Assembly: GCA_964016885.1 (NCBI GenBank)
Contig: OZ024740.1
Location: 402,070,001-402,134,000 of the forward strand
DNA from: Eledone cirrhosa
Lineage: Eukaryota
Length of the DNA: 64,000 bases
Reading direction: 5' to 3'
Of the stretch, positions 41,827 through 54,171 are shown piece after piece; positions within the stretch are counted from its first letter, which is position 1, and every line of letters begins with the position of its first letter. Below the pieces are notes generated by a model that was given only the letters and a program-made list of their open reading frames with translations, was not told where the DNA came from and did not search any database. A program made the position numbers and the translations under genes.

Positions 41827-42332
41827 TCAGGTCACTCTGGACGGCTACTGGTAACATGTAACCCAGTACAACCTGTCGCATGGTTGGGTCGTCGGCGACT
41901 AAACCGGCAATCCCACCAAGTTTACTTTGTACGGAGCGTGATTTTGGACTCCCTGCAGGACAAAAAACAAAACCTGACAAAGGGCGGAAGAACTCATAAG
42001 AGTCAATGGCCATCCAAAAGTGTGTAAATATGTATATACACATGTACCGCGCGGTTAAACCACTGGAAGTGAAGGACCCCTAGTCTTTGTCAGGGAATTC
42101 TTCTAGGAGAGGGCAATTCAGGAAACTGGGATAACTCCGATATAAAACCTGCGGCTCAGTAGTTACCATTGACGTTGATTTTTCTTCTTTTCGGGTTATA
42201 GCTACTGTCGCTTAGAGAGTGGGATTGGCTCAGTGCACAGTCTTTCCTCACTTTAAAAAATATGTTCATGCACAGGCATTAATAATGGTATATCGTGCAA
42301 TGGCCATACCCGATAACGAGGGGGCAGCCATC
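41827..42332 (+). mobile_element. Non-coding insertion of about 500 bp in (ATGT)n, possibly LINE-UTR-derived
   Basis: A GC-richer island with sharp borders and ATGT repeats on both sides. It has a potential pseudoknot near the 5' end. Confidence 0.5.
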
Positions 42333-42673
42333 ATGTATGTATGTGTGTAAGCATGTATGTATTATGTGCTTCTATGTGGTTGTATTTATGTTTGTATATA
42401 TGTATGTATTATGTAGATATATGTATGTATGTATTATGTATGTATGTACGTATGTATGTATAGATGTTTGGTGACTCTGCTTGATGCTAAGAAATATACA
42501 GACAGAAAACATTATACAGCTCCTATCAATCTAACCTCGCAAAAATGCAAAATTTTCAACCACATTCCTTGAAGCGAAGGAGACCAATTTTAAAACTTTA
42601 GAGGGAGCGTTTGATTGTGAAGGAGAGAAGGCTCGTTTTCAACATATCATTAAGTCAGTTTCAAACGAAATGT

Positions 42674-42810
42674 GATGGTTTAGTGGTTAGAGCATTCGAC
42701 TTGCAATCGAAAGGTTGTGAGTTCAATTCTGGGACCGAGAGATGTGTTGTTTCCTTGAGCAAGACACTTTATTTCACGTTGCTCCAGTTTACTCGGCTTT
42801 AGAAATGAGA
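42674..42810 (+). mobile_element. tRNA-derived SINE, family B
   Basis: TGGTTTAGTGG A-box, GAGTTCAATTCT B-box and CCTTGAGCAAGACACTTTATTTCACGTTGCTCCAG. Confidence 0.85.
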
Positions 42811-43484
42811 TGATAGGAGTGGGGTCCCTATCATTAAAAGCCCCAAGAAACCTCCAATGAGATACAACCACGGAGGAGGCCAGCTAAACCTGCATAGGTG
42901 TGAGCTGTAAAAACAACAACAATCCAAACAGCAATAATGTTTTTCGCAACCTCGTGGAATATGATCAACGGGACCAAGCAAAATAATGAGGTAGAATTGT
43001 CAACACAACGAGTACAGATACTTCAATAAGAGCGTGAAGAGGAGTTTTAAGTGGGTCAGGATGGTATGGCTCAAGGAGAGTGGCAAGGAATTGAGATGAG
43101 CACTAATGGCGTTAGATGTCTGTACAGAATTGTGAAAAGGAACAAGAAGTAGTTTAAGTGTGTGTATAAATTAATAGTATAGATTGCCAGATTTAGTAAC
43201 GTGTGAGAAACAATCAATAAGATGGTTGGAAGATTGCCAAGAAGAACTGCATCAGTGGAATCCAAGGCATTTGGTGGCTCATTTGAAATGATAGAAGTAG
43301 ATATCTCAACGAAATATGTCACCAAAACCCATCCTCACAAAGCGTAGCAGTAAATGGCAGTATCTAAGCATGGAGGTTACGAAACTTCATATGATTTAAT
43401 TATGCAAATTAGGCTGCTCAGACGTTAATATGCATAAGGAAAGTATATACTTTCAGATGTTCAACCATCTGGCAGGAAGGTATA

Positions 43485-43525
43485 CGTTGCTGACGATAGC
43501 TAATAAGCTTGAAACTAGTACAGCG
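43485..43525 (+). ncRNA. Minimal type-I hammerhead ribozyme
   Basis: cgttg-CTGACGA-tAGCTaataAGCTt-GAAA-CTAG-TA^cagcg. Confidence 0.82.
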
Positions 43526-43745
43526 TTCCTTTGTCAGTGTTGAACAAATGAGCAACGATGGTTGCTAGACACTGTACGGCTTAATTCGGGATGTTTGTTT
43601 ACAAACACACCGAGCATTATAATAAATGTTCGGTGAATCCATACGTACATATGTATATGTGTGCATGTATGTATATATATATATATATATATATATACAT
43701 ACTACTGTACGTCTGTATACATATATGTATGTACGTATACATACT

Positions 43746-43818
<73 letters not shown>

Positions 43819-45299
43819 CGCTGTGTGTGTCATTCTCAAATTTACTTAGAAAACATCAGATTTCTTTTTCCTTCACTTTCACTAAAATGGTGCTAACAAG
43901 TAGATTTGACGTTTCTTTATCCCTGTGGCGTGGCAAATGTCAATTCCAAACCACCAGCTTCACCTCACCCCCACTACTTCACCATCACCACCAACTACAT
44001 TACTATCACTAACAACAACAACAACAACAATAATGGCAAATATTACAATATATTATAAATCCTAATAACCTGGAGCTACTACACTGGTTTCCGATACTTA
44101 GCACGGAGGTAATTCAACGAAGATTGTGCTGACATTTGAAATCCCAATTGAAATGATTTTACGTTATGATTAAAACTCGTTATATTCTATATCCGTTACA
44201 AACAAATCTCTAAATGTCTCCTGCTACAAATATAAATATCATGTTACATATATTTATGCAAATCTTTAACATATGCCATAACATTGTTATCAATTTTGTA
44301 TGCAAACATGCCAATGTTTTCGCCAGGCTGGATGAGCGAATACGTCCTCACATACTGTTAGATTAGTTATGAATTATTATTCTTCTAACGCACTTCAGAG
44401 CCAAGATTGTACGATTACTATTCTATATCAACATATAACTTCGTTTATTTTATAAGCAACAATATCAAACAGGTTTCCAACAGCGTATATATAGTGTGTT
44501 GTGGGATGACCTGTTGCGCTTTCTACCTTAATTTTGAAATTATATATTGTAACATTTGTATTAATATCCTAGTTATTAATTCGTAATTATGAAGTCTTTT
44601 GTATAGGAATAAAAAATGAAAACTTTTGCAGCTTGTTTGAAAGAGAGAAGGAAAGAATCATAATATCTAAGGCTCTCTTATTACGTCTAACTATATTTTT
44701 AACGATTTAATCAAATCTGGTAGCGTTGGGCTCGACATTTCCAAGAATGAGAGACTGCTAGTGATGAAGAAATCGTGATTGGTGGGTTTGCAAAACACTT
44801 TTTCATCACTTTAAGTAGTTTATCTGGAATTTGATGGCCAAGCATGATACTATGAACAAATTAGACTGACCGATAATAGACTGTAAAGAATCCTAAAATG
44901 TTCTAGTTTGTTGTTCCGGGTTATTCCCCGAATAGATCCCGGCCATGTGAATTCCGTTTTGCATTTTCAAATACAATGCAATTAGAATGTCATTATATAA
45001 TCTGTCCTTTTTATGGAAAGTGAACATTAAGTGAATGCGATTGGGTGTGTTGCCTGAAAATTAACAATCTTGTATCAAAATTGATTATCAGCCATTGCCA
45101 CTGGATGTTTGGAAATGTGTGCAAGCAGACTACTACAGTCTTTTACTAGATAAATATTCTCAATGTGTAGAAGTACATTTCACAACTTCACTGTTAGCTA
45201 TATTCATGATTAAGACATTATGAACGTTCAGTCAAGAACTTATTAAAACAATCTCTATAACCTCTAATGGATCACGTTTCACTGTTTCTTGTAATGATA

Positions 45300-45780
45300 A
45301 GGAGACTTGGCCGGAATGGTTTCCTATCACAATTAGCGCCAGTCAACCTCGACCGTGGTGATGCAAGCGTTCAGACGTGATAAACCTTTTCCCGTTCTAT
45401 GGGGGTGAATCCCTAATCTGTAATCACACGTGTTGCGACACGTTCTCCGCCTCTAACCTTGTTGCTTCAGCCAGAAACACGGGCACTAACATTTTTAACG
45501 TGGTGGAAATATAGCCAAATACCAGCCGCTTATTTTCATGTTGGCCAACATCGAGAACTCTAGAATCACCGGTCCTCAACTACCATTGTACTCCGCAAAA
45601 TTGGGTGGATTGCATCCCGCCTGTGGAAGGAAGGAATCTCATGAGATAGATTGGCAGCTGATACATGTTTCGATTGCTGTTCTTTGGGGCACTGAATTCG
45701 CTATTTCGTCCAAGAGGTGCAGCTAAGATATGCCGTCTAGCCTGATATACTGAGGTTAAGTGTCTGCTATTTCCTCCGTA
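45300..45780 (-). mobile_element. Possible highly decayed Tx1 APE fragment
   Basis: GC-richer island. The minus-strand bits VLDVG and RLVFGY resemble VLDVG..RLVAVY at about 3146-3200. Confidence 0.3.
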
Positions 45781-46174
45781 ATTTCACTATTTACTTATTT
45801 TCTTTTTATCCTATTATTCATTTAGGAGCTAGACGATATTAGATGCAAACAATTCCATGACTCTAATCGTCTATCAGGAATAAAGAAACAAGGTAGCTGT
45901 AATGACTTTATTACTGCATTGTAATATTACCATTTGTTCATGTGAACTTATGTACCGCCTTTCCGCTTGACATCATGTTTTCCCCTTTTTACCCCTGTGT
46001 TACTTCGCAGAAATATGCATCTCATTAAGCCCAGGTTGACTTTAACTAATTACCTTTAATGTTGTATTAAGAAATTCCTTTGTCTTGTTGGATATTAGCC
46101 GTTACAAGTTCAGTACAATGCAATTACATCAACTACGATTGTAATACAATCATCAACAAATCTAATTACATCAT

Positions 46175-46240
<66 letters not shown>

Positions 46241-46486
46241 ATACACATATGTACATATATATATATATGTTAATTCCTTTTAAATAATAAAATAAAACAT
46301 TTTACATAGCTGGCAGTGGTTATTAGTTAGAGAAGTAACGTTTTACTAACACCGGCAAATACCTCGCTTAGCATACTAATCTCTTCCCACTGTGTTTTAT
46401 ACTTAGCCACCTATATTTAATATTCACTGTGATGTAAAATTATTATTTTATCTGAATAGGGTATATAATTAAAACTTTGCCTTAAT

Positions 46487-46579
46487 ATCTGCCTCAGACG
46501 AACCCTATTGGGCGAAACATGTGTAAGAGCTTTATAAAGATATGATTTAACGGCTTGTAACTCTTTCATTAATTATTTT

Positions 46580-46632
<53 letters not shown>

Positions 46633-46770
46633 ATATAAAACGAAAATTCAGTGATGCATCTGAACTCAATTTATTGTGTTACAATTGTTTCGCCGGCAGA
46701 CACCTCGAGACACGATCATTGTGTGGATCTGTCTGATTCTGGATCTGCAGGTTCGTCGGACTCTTCTAAT
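46487..46770. ncRNA. Two degenerate hammerheads on either side of a (TA)n tract
   Basis: Plus strand: CAGACGA-aCCCtattGGGc-GAAA-CATGTG-TA (46495-46525). Minus strand: CCGACGA-...-GAAA-CAATTG-TA (46676-46762). Each has one core mismatch. Confidence 0.5.
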
Positions 46771-46985
46771 AACTTCGGATTAAATTTTCTCACTGGGGTA
46801 TTAGCGTAAAAAAACATCCTCTTCGCTCGTCTTGCTATTGGCTGTTGTTTTTCTATGTCATCATAAATTTTGACCAACAGGTACTGTGAAACTGATCACC
46901 AGCTGTTATTTTTCCTGCCACACTTCAATGAATCCCTGCTGGGTTTGGTAGTTCACACGTCCGCGCGCGCACTCAGACACACATT

Positions 46986-47017
<32 letters not shown>

Positions 47018-47451
47018 CACCCCCACACACACGCACACAATCATATGAAGAACAACATCCGTACGCATATACTCCTGCTATACATACGCACAGGCACATA
47101 CACACACGTGTCCATATATACAGGCACAAAGACAGACTCGCTTGCAAACACACACATATATGTGTATATATATATATATATATACATACACACACAAACA
47201 AGCCCTTACCCTACAGTGGGTGCACGCACACACAAACACACTGACTCATATACACTCATACAAATATGCGCTTATTACCTACAGGCCCACGCACGTCTAC
47301 AAAGATACATACATACATATATCTGTCTATACACAAATATAATATACACACAAAGTCATATAAAGCTACACAATGAGTCAACATGAAAGGATGCATCTTG
47401 TTATACACATGCTCAAATATAAACAATATAACCATATACATACATCCATAC

Positions 47452-47625
<174 letters not shown>

Positions 47626-47694
47626 CACCTATTCTCCCCTTTTTTTCTCTTTCTCGATACGTAAATACTGTATATATATATATATATATATATA

Positions 47695-48121
47695 GTTAAA
47701 AGAATAGAGGTGTAACACACAAGTTATTATATATTGGTAAACGGAATAGAAAATGCTGACAAATTATTCACAGTTGAAAAATGGTTTAATTAGGAATAAA
47801 AGAGTATTAGTGATTGTATGGGTTAGTATTCAGTTGTGGTTTTAAGTTTTTACCGGTTGCGCATTTCTAAATGCTTTTCAAAAATAATTTTGAGATAGAG
47901 TGTCCGTGCTGTTTGCTCTGATCTGCAAACAGCACGGACACTCTATCTCAAAATTATTTTTGAAAAGCATTTAGAAATGCGCAACCGGTAAAAACTTAAA
48001 AACTTAAAACCACAACTGAATACTAACCCATACAACCACTAATACTCTTTTATTCCTAATTAAACCAGTTTTCAACTGTGAACAATTTGTCAGCATTTTC
48101 TATTCCGTTTACCAATATATA
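47695..48121. mobile_element. Long fold-back element (about 190-bp arms, 8-nt loop)
   Basis: Arms 47729-47916 and 47925-48121. Both carry GCGCAACCGGTA, a variant of GCGAAACCGGTA in the 14930/31207 family. Confidence 0.88.
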
Positions 48122-48779
48122 TATATATATACACATATATATATATATATATATACACATACACACACACATATGTACATACACACACATACATACACAT
48201 ATATAAAAAAACCTACAATATACTAAAATATACATATAATGTCTTACATTAAAGGATCTATCTTGTAGTAAACATGCACATATATAAACAATATAACCAT
48301 ATACGTACATCCATACGCATACACATATATATATATATATTTATATATACACACATATATACATATACGCATACATATATACACACATATAAAAAAGAAA
48401 TATACAATATATACATATAACGTCACATAGAGATATATAAAAAAGAAGAAGGGTCGTGTATGCGTATGAGATAGTACATAAGAGGAGTATGAGATGTACA
48501 CTTGGGCCTGTATACGGATCAAATAATATATGTTCCAAAATGGAATACGCGGAGAGTATGGATTCTCGATTGAAAGGGTACACATGCATGGAGGTGTGTG
48601 GACCGGCCATACTCTTACTATACGATAACATGTTATCGTTATAGGTAATCCAGTTAGAGGTTGTGAGTACTCTGCGTCGTGGATAGTTTTAAGGTACGGC
48701 TTTGTTTGACTCAACAAGATGTTTCCATAGTTAGGCAGCGAGTTCGCGGGAATTCCTATGTAGGTTATACTTGGAGTAA

Positions 48780-48962
48780 TAATTGTTTCTACTTTAGGCA
48801 CAAGGCCAGCAAATTACCCAGTGCATTACTGGTACTTTATTTTATCGACCCCGTAAGGATGAAAGGCAAAGTCAACCACGGCGGGATTTGAACTCAGATC
48901 GTAAATGGACGTAACTATGCTGGAAAGCATGGTGTCCGACCCTCACCGATACTGCCAATCCA
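48780..48962 (-). mobile_element. tRNA-derived SINE, family A
   Basis: Reverse-complement core and A/B boxes. Confidence 0.9.
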
Positions 48963-48963
48963 C

Positions 48964-49234
48964 AAGAATGAAGAGTGACATGGTTGGCTGTACAACAAGA
49001 AGCATTATTTCAGGTATTAACAATTGTTTCATTGATAAGGTGTGTCTAGAGGCCGCTAATCGGTAATCGTCACTCGAACTGAGGATTTGATCAGAGGTAA
49101 ATAATGTAATGGAGTACGAGTGACACAACTTCGACCGATAGTGGCCTCTAGACTCGCCTGATGAATGAAACAATTGTTAATAGCTGAAATAAAGCCCCTT
49201 GTACAGCCAACTATGTTACTATTCACTCTTTCAC
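48964..49234. mobile_element. Imperfect fold-back with GAAA-CAATTG-TT on both arms
   Basis: TGGCTGTACAA..TTAACAATTGTTTCATT..TCTAGAGGCC versus GGCCTCTAGA..AATGAAACAATTGTTAA..TTGTACAGCCA. A one-arm relative lies at 50452-50630. Confidence 0.78.
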
Positions 49235-49250
49235 TATATATCTATCTATC

Positions 49251-49321
<71 letters not shown>

Positions 49322-49429
49322 ATATGTGTATATATATATATATAATGTTTAATATGGGACTTGAACTGTTTCATTCAAAAAATGAGAGAGAGACACAGAG
49401 AGAGAAAGAGAAAGAAAAGAGAGACATAA

Positions 49430-49462
<33 letters not shown>

Positions 49463-49843
49463 CAGAGAGAAAGACAGAGAGAGAGAGGGAGAGAGGGAGA
49501 GAGAGAGAGAGAGCCAGCTAATGAACTCTTTCGTGATGTAAAATAATCTACACCACCTTTTTCATTATTTTGATTTATGTTTTAAAAACGGAAGAATGTG
49601 CATTTATACAAAAGGCATAGACACATATACCCGCACATATATAGCCGTCACACATACACACGCACACATACATATGCTAAGGTATGTGTTATGTATAACC
49701 TGTCCGTACATATATATGCTTAACTATATAAGCAATCTATGCTTAGCTATTCGGATTTAAATGGATGTACCCTTTCAATGATATAACGTTTATGTAGTGA
49801 ATGTATTATATTTCAATATATGTATATATACATATATTGAAAT

Positions 49844-49895
<52 letters not shown>

Positions 49896-49924
49896 CACAC
49901 ACACACACACATATATATATATAC

Positions 49925-50095
49925 ATTTATTAAAATAACAGATTAAAGTAGTTTAAGCAGAGAATCGCTGCTTTCACCCTTAACGGGATATTCTGAAACT
50001 ACTAGTTTCAGAAGCTCCCGTTAAGGGTGAAAGTACCGATTCTTTGCTTAAACTTTAATCTGTTATTTTAATAAATATTTGCTCTACGCTTCTTA
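49925..50095 (+). mobile_element. Fold-back half-hammerhead element, 'GAAAGCAGCGATTCTTTGCTT' family
   Basis: Arms 49925-50076 centred on CTGAAACTAcTAGTTTCAG, with a short tail, in microsatellite. Confidence 0.85.
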
Positions 50096-50155
50096 TATAT
50101 ATATATACATATGCATATATATATGTACATATGTATATATCTATATGTAAATGTA

Positions 50156-50235
<80 letters not shown>

Positions 50236-50349
50236 TGTGTGTGTATATGTGTGTGTGTGTTTGTAAAATGTAAACAGAAATAACAACACAATTGGTACAG
50301 TATATGAAAGGGATATATGAGGTTAACCTTTGATATGGCAGGAAGAGGG

Positions 50350-50385
50350 TCTTAACATTTCGGACGCTAGTCCTTCATCAGAAGA
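50350..50385 (-). ncRNA. Minimal type-I hammerhead ribozyme (same family as 36340)
   Basis: The minus strand reads tctt-CTGATGA-aGGACtagcGTCC-GAAA-TG-TT^aaga. Confidence 0.8.
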
Positions 50386-50668
50386 AAGAATTTGAAATAA
50401 GATAGATTGTGGGGACGGGCGGGTTGGAATTGGAAAAAATGTTTTTATATATTGTGAAAGAGTGAAGAATAACATGGTCAGCTGTACAAAGAGGGTTTTA
50501 TTTACAGTATTAACAATTGCTTCATAGATCAGGTAAGTCTAAAGGCTGCTGATCACTCGAAATTGCCTCATTCGTTAAAACTATCCATAGTACCTCTAAC
50601 TGGATTACCTAAATCGATAACTTGTTATCCCAATACATATATATATATATGTATATATATAGAGAGAG

Positions 50669-50829
50669 AGGAAAATGTTTAACCCCGACGGCAGAGCTCA
50701 AGCCGTCGAAACGGCCTGAGCTCTGCCATCGTGGTTAAACATTTTCCTAGTACCCACTCTACTATCCTAAGTATTGAATACTCTAGTGCGTTATGGTCCA
50801 TCTGGTTCCTTACCACTCCTTCTTCGTTA
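50669..50829 (+). mobile_element. Fold-back half-hammerhead element, 'GCCGTCGAAACGGC' family (centre collapsed)
   Basis: GGAAAATGTTTAACC...GGTTAAACATTTTCC plus the family tail. Confidence 0.85.
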
Positions 50830-50855
50830 TTTATATATACATATATATATATTCA

Positions 50856-51299
50856 TATTAAATTCAAAGGGGTATATATATATATATCATTAGACATAGT
50901 CCAGATACATATATATGTTTGGCAACCTTTCACGGTGTGGATCAATGAAGAATTAATTAAGCAAATAATTATTGATCAGAGCTATATATAAAAATGCAAA
51001 TCCGAAGAACCATTAGATAAAATGTATACAGTATTTCCTCTCCCAATCAATATAAATTAACCAGATAAAAAAATCATTTAAACGAGGTTATAAGTTTAAA
51101 ATGGACTTATGAAGAAATAATAGACAAATGCGTACATCATGGAGAATAATCTGTATCATTTGTCTATTATTTCTTCATAAGTCCATTTTAAAGTTATAAC
51201 CTCGTTTAAATGATTTTTATGTGGTTAATTTATACTGATTGGGAGAGGAAATACTGTATATATTTTATCTAATGGTTCTTCGGACTTGCAATTTTATAT
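50856..51299. mobile_element. Fold-back derivative of the 660-700-bp hammerhead family
   Basis: Inverted arms at about 50984-51138 and 51157-51299. The sequence matches 57816-57980 and 58585-58735. Confidence 0.82.
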
Positions 51300-51318
51300 T
51301 TTTGTATATATATATATA

Positions 51319-51518
51319 TAGGAAAATGTATGACCCCGATGGTAGAGCTCAAGCCGTTTCGACGGCTATTTCTGAACTTTATCCAGAAATAGCCGTCGAA
51401 ACGGCTTGAGCTCTGCCGTCGGGGTCATACATTTTCCTATTATCCACTCTACTACCATAAGTAATGTGTACTCTGGTGCGTTATGGTCCATCTGGTTCCT
51501 TACCACAACCCCTTCGTT
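51319..51518 (+). mobile_element. Fold-back half-hammerhead element, 'GCCGTCGAAACGGC' family
   Basis: Arms 51319-51439 plus tail, with (TA)n on both sides. Confidence 0.88.
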
Positions 51519-51537
51519 ATATATATATATATATATA

Positions 51538-53406
51538 TAAAGATGAAATAAAAGATGGTTATAAGAGTTCCATATATTTTATTATACGTATTTCGAATTA
51601 GTTCTAATAGGGCAGTTGCATTTACGATTAAAATTATTTGCAGAGTTATTGGCAAGTGGCCCAGGATTAATTAGATTAGGATAATGCGTGGTAGAATTTA
51701 TTAAAGGAGGTGCTAGAGTTTCTAGATTTACATTAGTATTTGATGCATTCCTCAAAATTACGTTTGACGTCGTATTTATACCTGTGTTATTTTGTCTAGA
51801 GTTTACATTGACGTTGGGCCTTATACTGTTATTATTATGACTCTCATATTATTTAATATTTTAGAATTATGTCTTGAGATAATTTTTGAAATGTTCGAAG
51901 TAAGTAGTAGAATACGAGAATTTAATAGTATGCCTATTGAAAATCTTGCTATATATATGAAGGAGGGGAGCTGTTATGTAATTCCCCAAAAAATAATTTA
52001 GGGATATTATTAATAACGGAAATATAGAAGGGAGCGTTGTACCAAAGGATATTTTTACTGCCCTATTAGAACTAATTATCCTCTTAGTAATTTCTGTCTC
52101 GATAAAAACCTAGTATACGAATGTAAAGTGGTAACTAGTACCAATTCCTATACCTACATTGGCTCTACTTATATCTCCTTTAATGCAAGGTTCTATAATC
52201 ATTCTACATTTAAACCTCCACTTAAAAGGACCAGCACCGCACTCTCAGAACTTATTTGGTCCTTAAAATACAAAAACATAAATTACAAAATTTCTTGGCG
52301 TAATATCTACAACGCATCTCCATAATCCAATGCTTCCATATCTAGTGTTTGTAATTTATGTCTAGTTGAAAAATTTACCATTATCTGGAATTTCAACACA
52401 ATAATAAATCGAAGAACCGATTTATTTGGACTTTGTAATCATAAATCCTACAAGACCTTTCACAAAGTATATAGCTGATGTCCTATAACATATCCCATGA
52501 GTCACTGTTATCTTTACACATCTTTCATTATATTCTACAATGTATTATTTTGGTTTTCTCATTATATATTAAGCCTTTGATCTTCTTTTCTATAGCCTTA
52601 GATTTTAGCTCAAACCTTCGTAGATTTTGTAAACAAATGATCACGTCACATAATTAGATTTTCTGTACGTTTTTTCTATGTTTATAAATCATTCTAACAA
52701 TTTCCTTTATTTACTTGTGGATATAAAATAAAAATTAAATAGTATACCCCATATATATATTTTTACTAGAAATTATTAATTTTAACATAGATAGACTATT
52801 TGTATTTTATTTTATAAAAATCTTTTTATATTTATTTTAGTAATACATTTCTACACTTCTTAATCCAATTTTTAGTATTTAAACCTAATATAAAATAATA
52901 TACCCAGTTTCTATATTTAGACCTCTAATATTCGAATACCTTCTATAATATTCGCACATACACCTCAGAATTTATTTTTTAACCGTTACTTACCGCTGTT
53001 TTCAGTTTGACAGCGTTCCTGATCAAAAGTCTCTCTCTATCTCTCTTCTTCCTTCTTTTTTTCTTTCTTCTCTTTCTTTTTCCTTTTTCTCTTCTACTTT
53101 CCTTTTCCTCTATTTTCCTATCTATTTCTTACTATAGTATTAACACTTATATTTCTGTCATATGTAGACTTAGTACATTCCTATAAACAAGTGCTATTAT
53201 GCCTCATATCATTGTACCTTATTTTAACTGAAGAGAACACAATTTCTGTCCCAGGATGATTTTGTATTCGAAATACGTATAATAAAATATATGAACTCTT
53301 ATAACCACCTTTTATTTGATCTTTATTTATACTCCAGTTCTACCAACTGTCGAGTGCTACTTATCTGATATATGCATAGTTTTATTGTTCTACAATATTA
53401 CTCACC

Positions 53407-53412
<6 letters not shown>
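51538..53412 (+). mobile_element. Penelope-like element (second clade), truncated with an internal inversion; GIY-YIG and HHR-bearing pLTR
   Basis: Plus strand: CPIRTN.PL..FCLDKNLVYECKV..YIGST..F.ARFYNH..TALS..IWSLK..CNLCL.EK. Minus strand 51597-51960: KIFNRHTIKFSYS..NISKIISRHNSKIL..CNC. An inverted pLTR piece lies at 51538-51596. Confidence 0.88.
53220..53289 (+). ncRNA. Type-I hammerhead ribozyme in the Penelope pLTR
   Basis: tattttaa-CTGAAGA-GAAcACAA...TTGTaTTC-GAAA-TACGTA-TA^ataaaata. Confidence 0.82.
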
Positions 53413-53430
<18 letters not shown>

Positions 53431-53437
<7 letters not shown>

Positions 53438-54127
53438 GATTCAGCGAGAATCGCATTTTCGGCAGGCAGGAAAAAGCGAACCGAAACGCAAAAATCAGAA
53501 ATGATACTGGCAAAGTGTTCAATGGTTAGAAAACAGAGCTAAACAATGTGTTAAGAAGCCATACAAAACTGAAAAGATGGTCAAGAAGGCATTAACCACC
53601 CAAGCCAAAAACCAAATCAAGCTAAACAGGTCAAAACAAAATAAATGATAAAAAATAAATGTCAATCAGACCTGGACTCCCAGAATTGCTGTTAAAATCC
53701 GATGTAGACTTTCTGTGACACCTAAATCAAAATACAGTCTGCTTAAAATTATAAGCTTTGTGTATAACGATCGAACAAGGAATATCACGTTATCAACAGG
53801 TATTTCGCTCTGTACCAAGTAAGTGAATGACACGGTGGTAAGTTAACCACGTGTGGAAATCACAAGGGGAATAACCTCAGATTTTGGCAAAGTAATTTTG
53901 GTGTAAATCATGCTAAAAAAACCATAAATAGCACAAATCGAATAAGTTCTCAACCGAGTAGTTTAAAATAAACTTATATAATTAACCTGTCAATAGAAAT
54001 TATTAACAAGTTAATTGTAAGACACGGGAGATTAATACAAATAAAGATTCAGCGAGAAGCGCATTTTCGGAGGGCAGGAAAAAGCGAAGCGAAACGCAAA
54101 AATCAGAAATGATACTGGCAAGGTGCT

Positions 54128-54131
<4 letters not shown>
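53431..54131. mobile_element. Non-coding element with 93-bp terminal direct repeats (608-bp period) in (TA)n
   Basis: AAATAAAGATTCAGCGAGAA...GATACTGGCAA.GTG.TCAAT occurs at 53431-53523 and 54039-54131. Confidence 0.8.

Positions 54132-54169
<38 letters not shown>

Positions 54170-54171
<2 letters not shown>

Noticed and set aside
49158-49178. CTGATGA-AT-GAAAC, looking like a hammerhead with no stem II
   Set aside because: The opposite arm and the sister at about 50520 read CTTATCAATGAAA / CTGATCTATGAAG, so CTGATGA is a chance substitution. Stem I does not pair.
52058-52480. Selenocysteine-recoded Penelope (reported for some Naiad elements)
   Set aside because: The conserved Cys positions visible here are TGT/TGC (one TAT), not TGA. 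No SECIS was identified.
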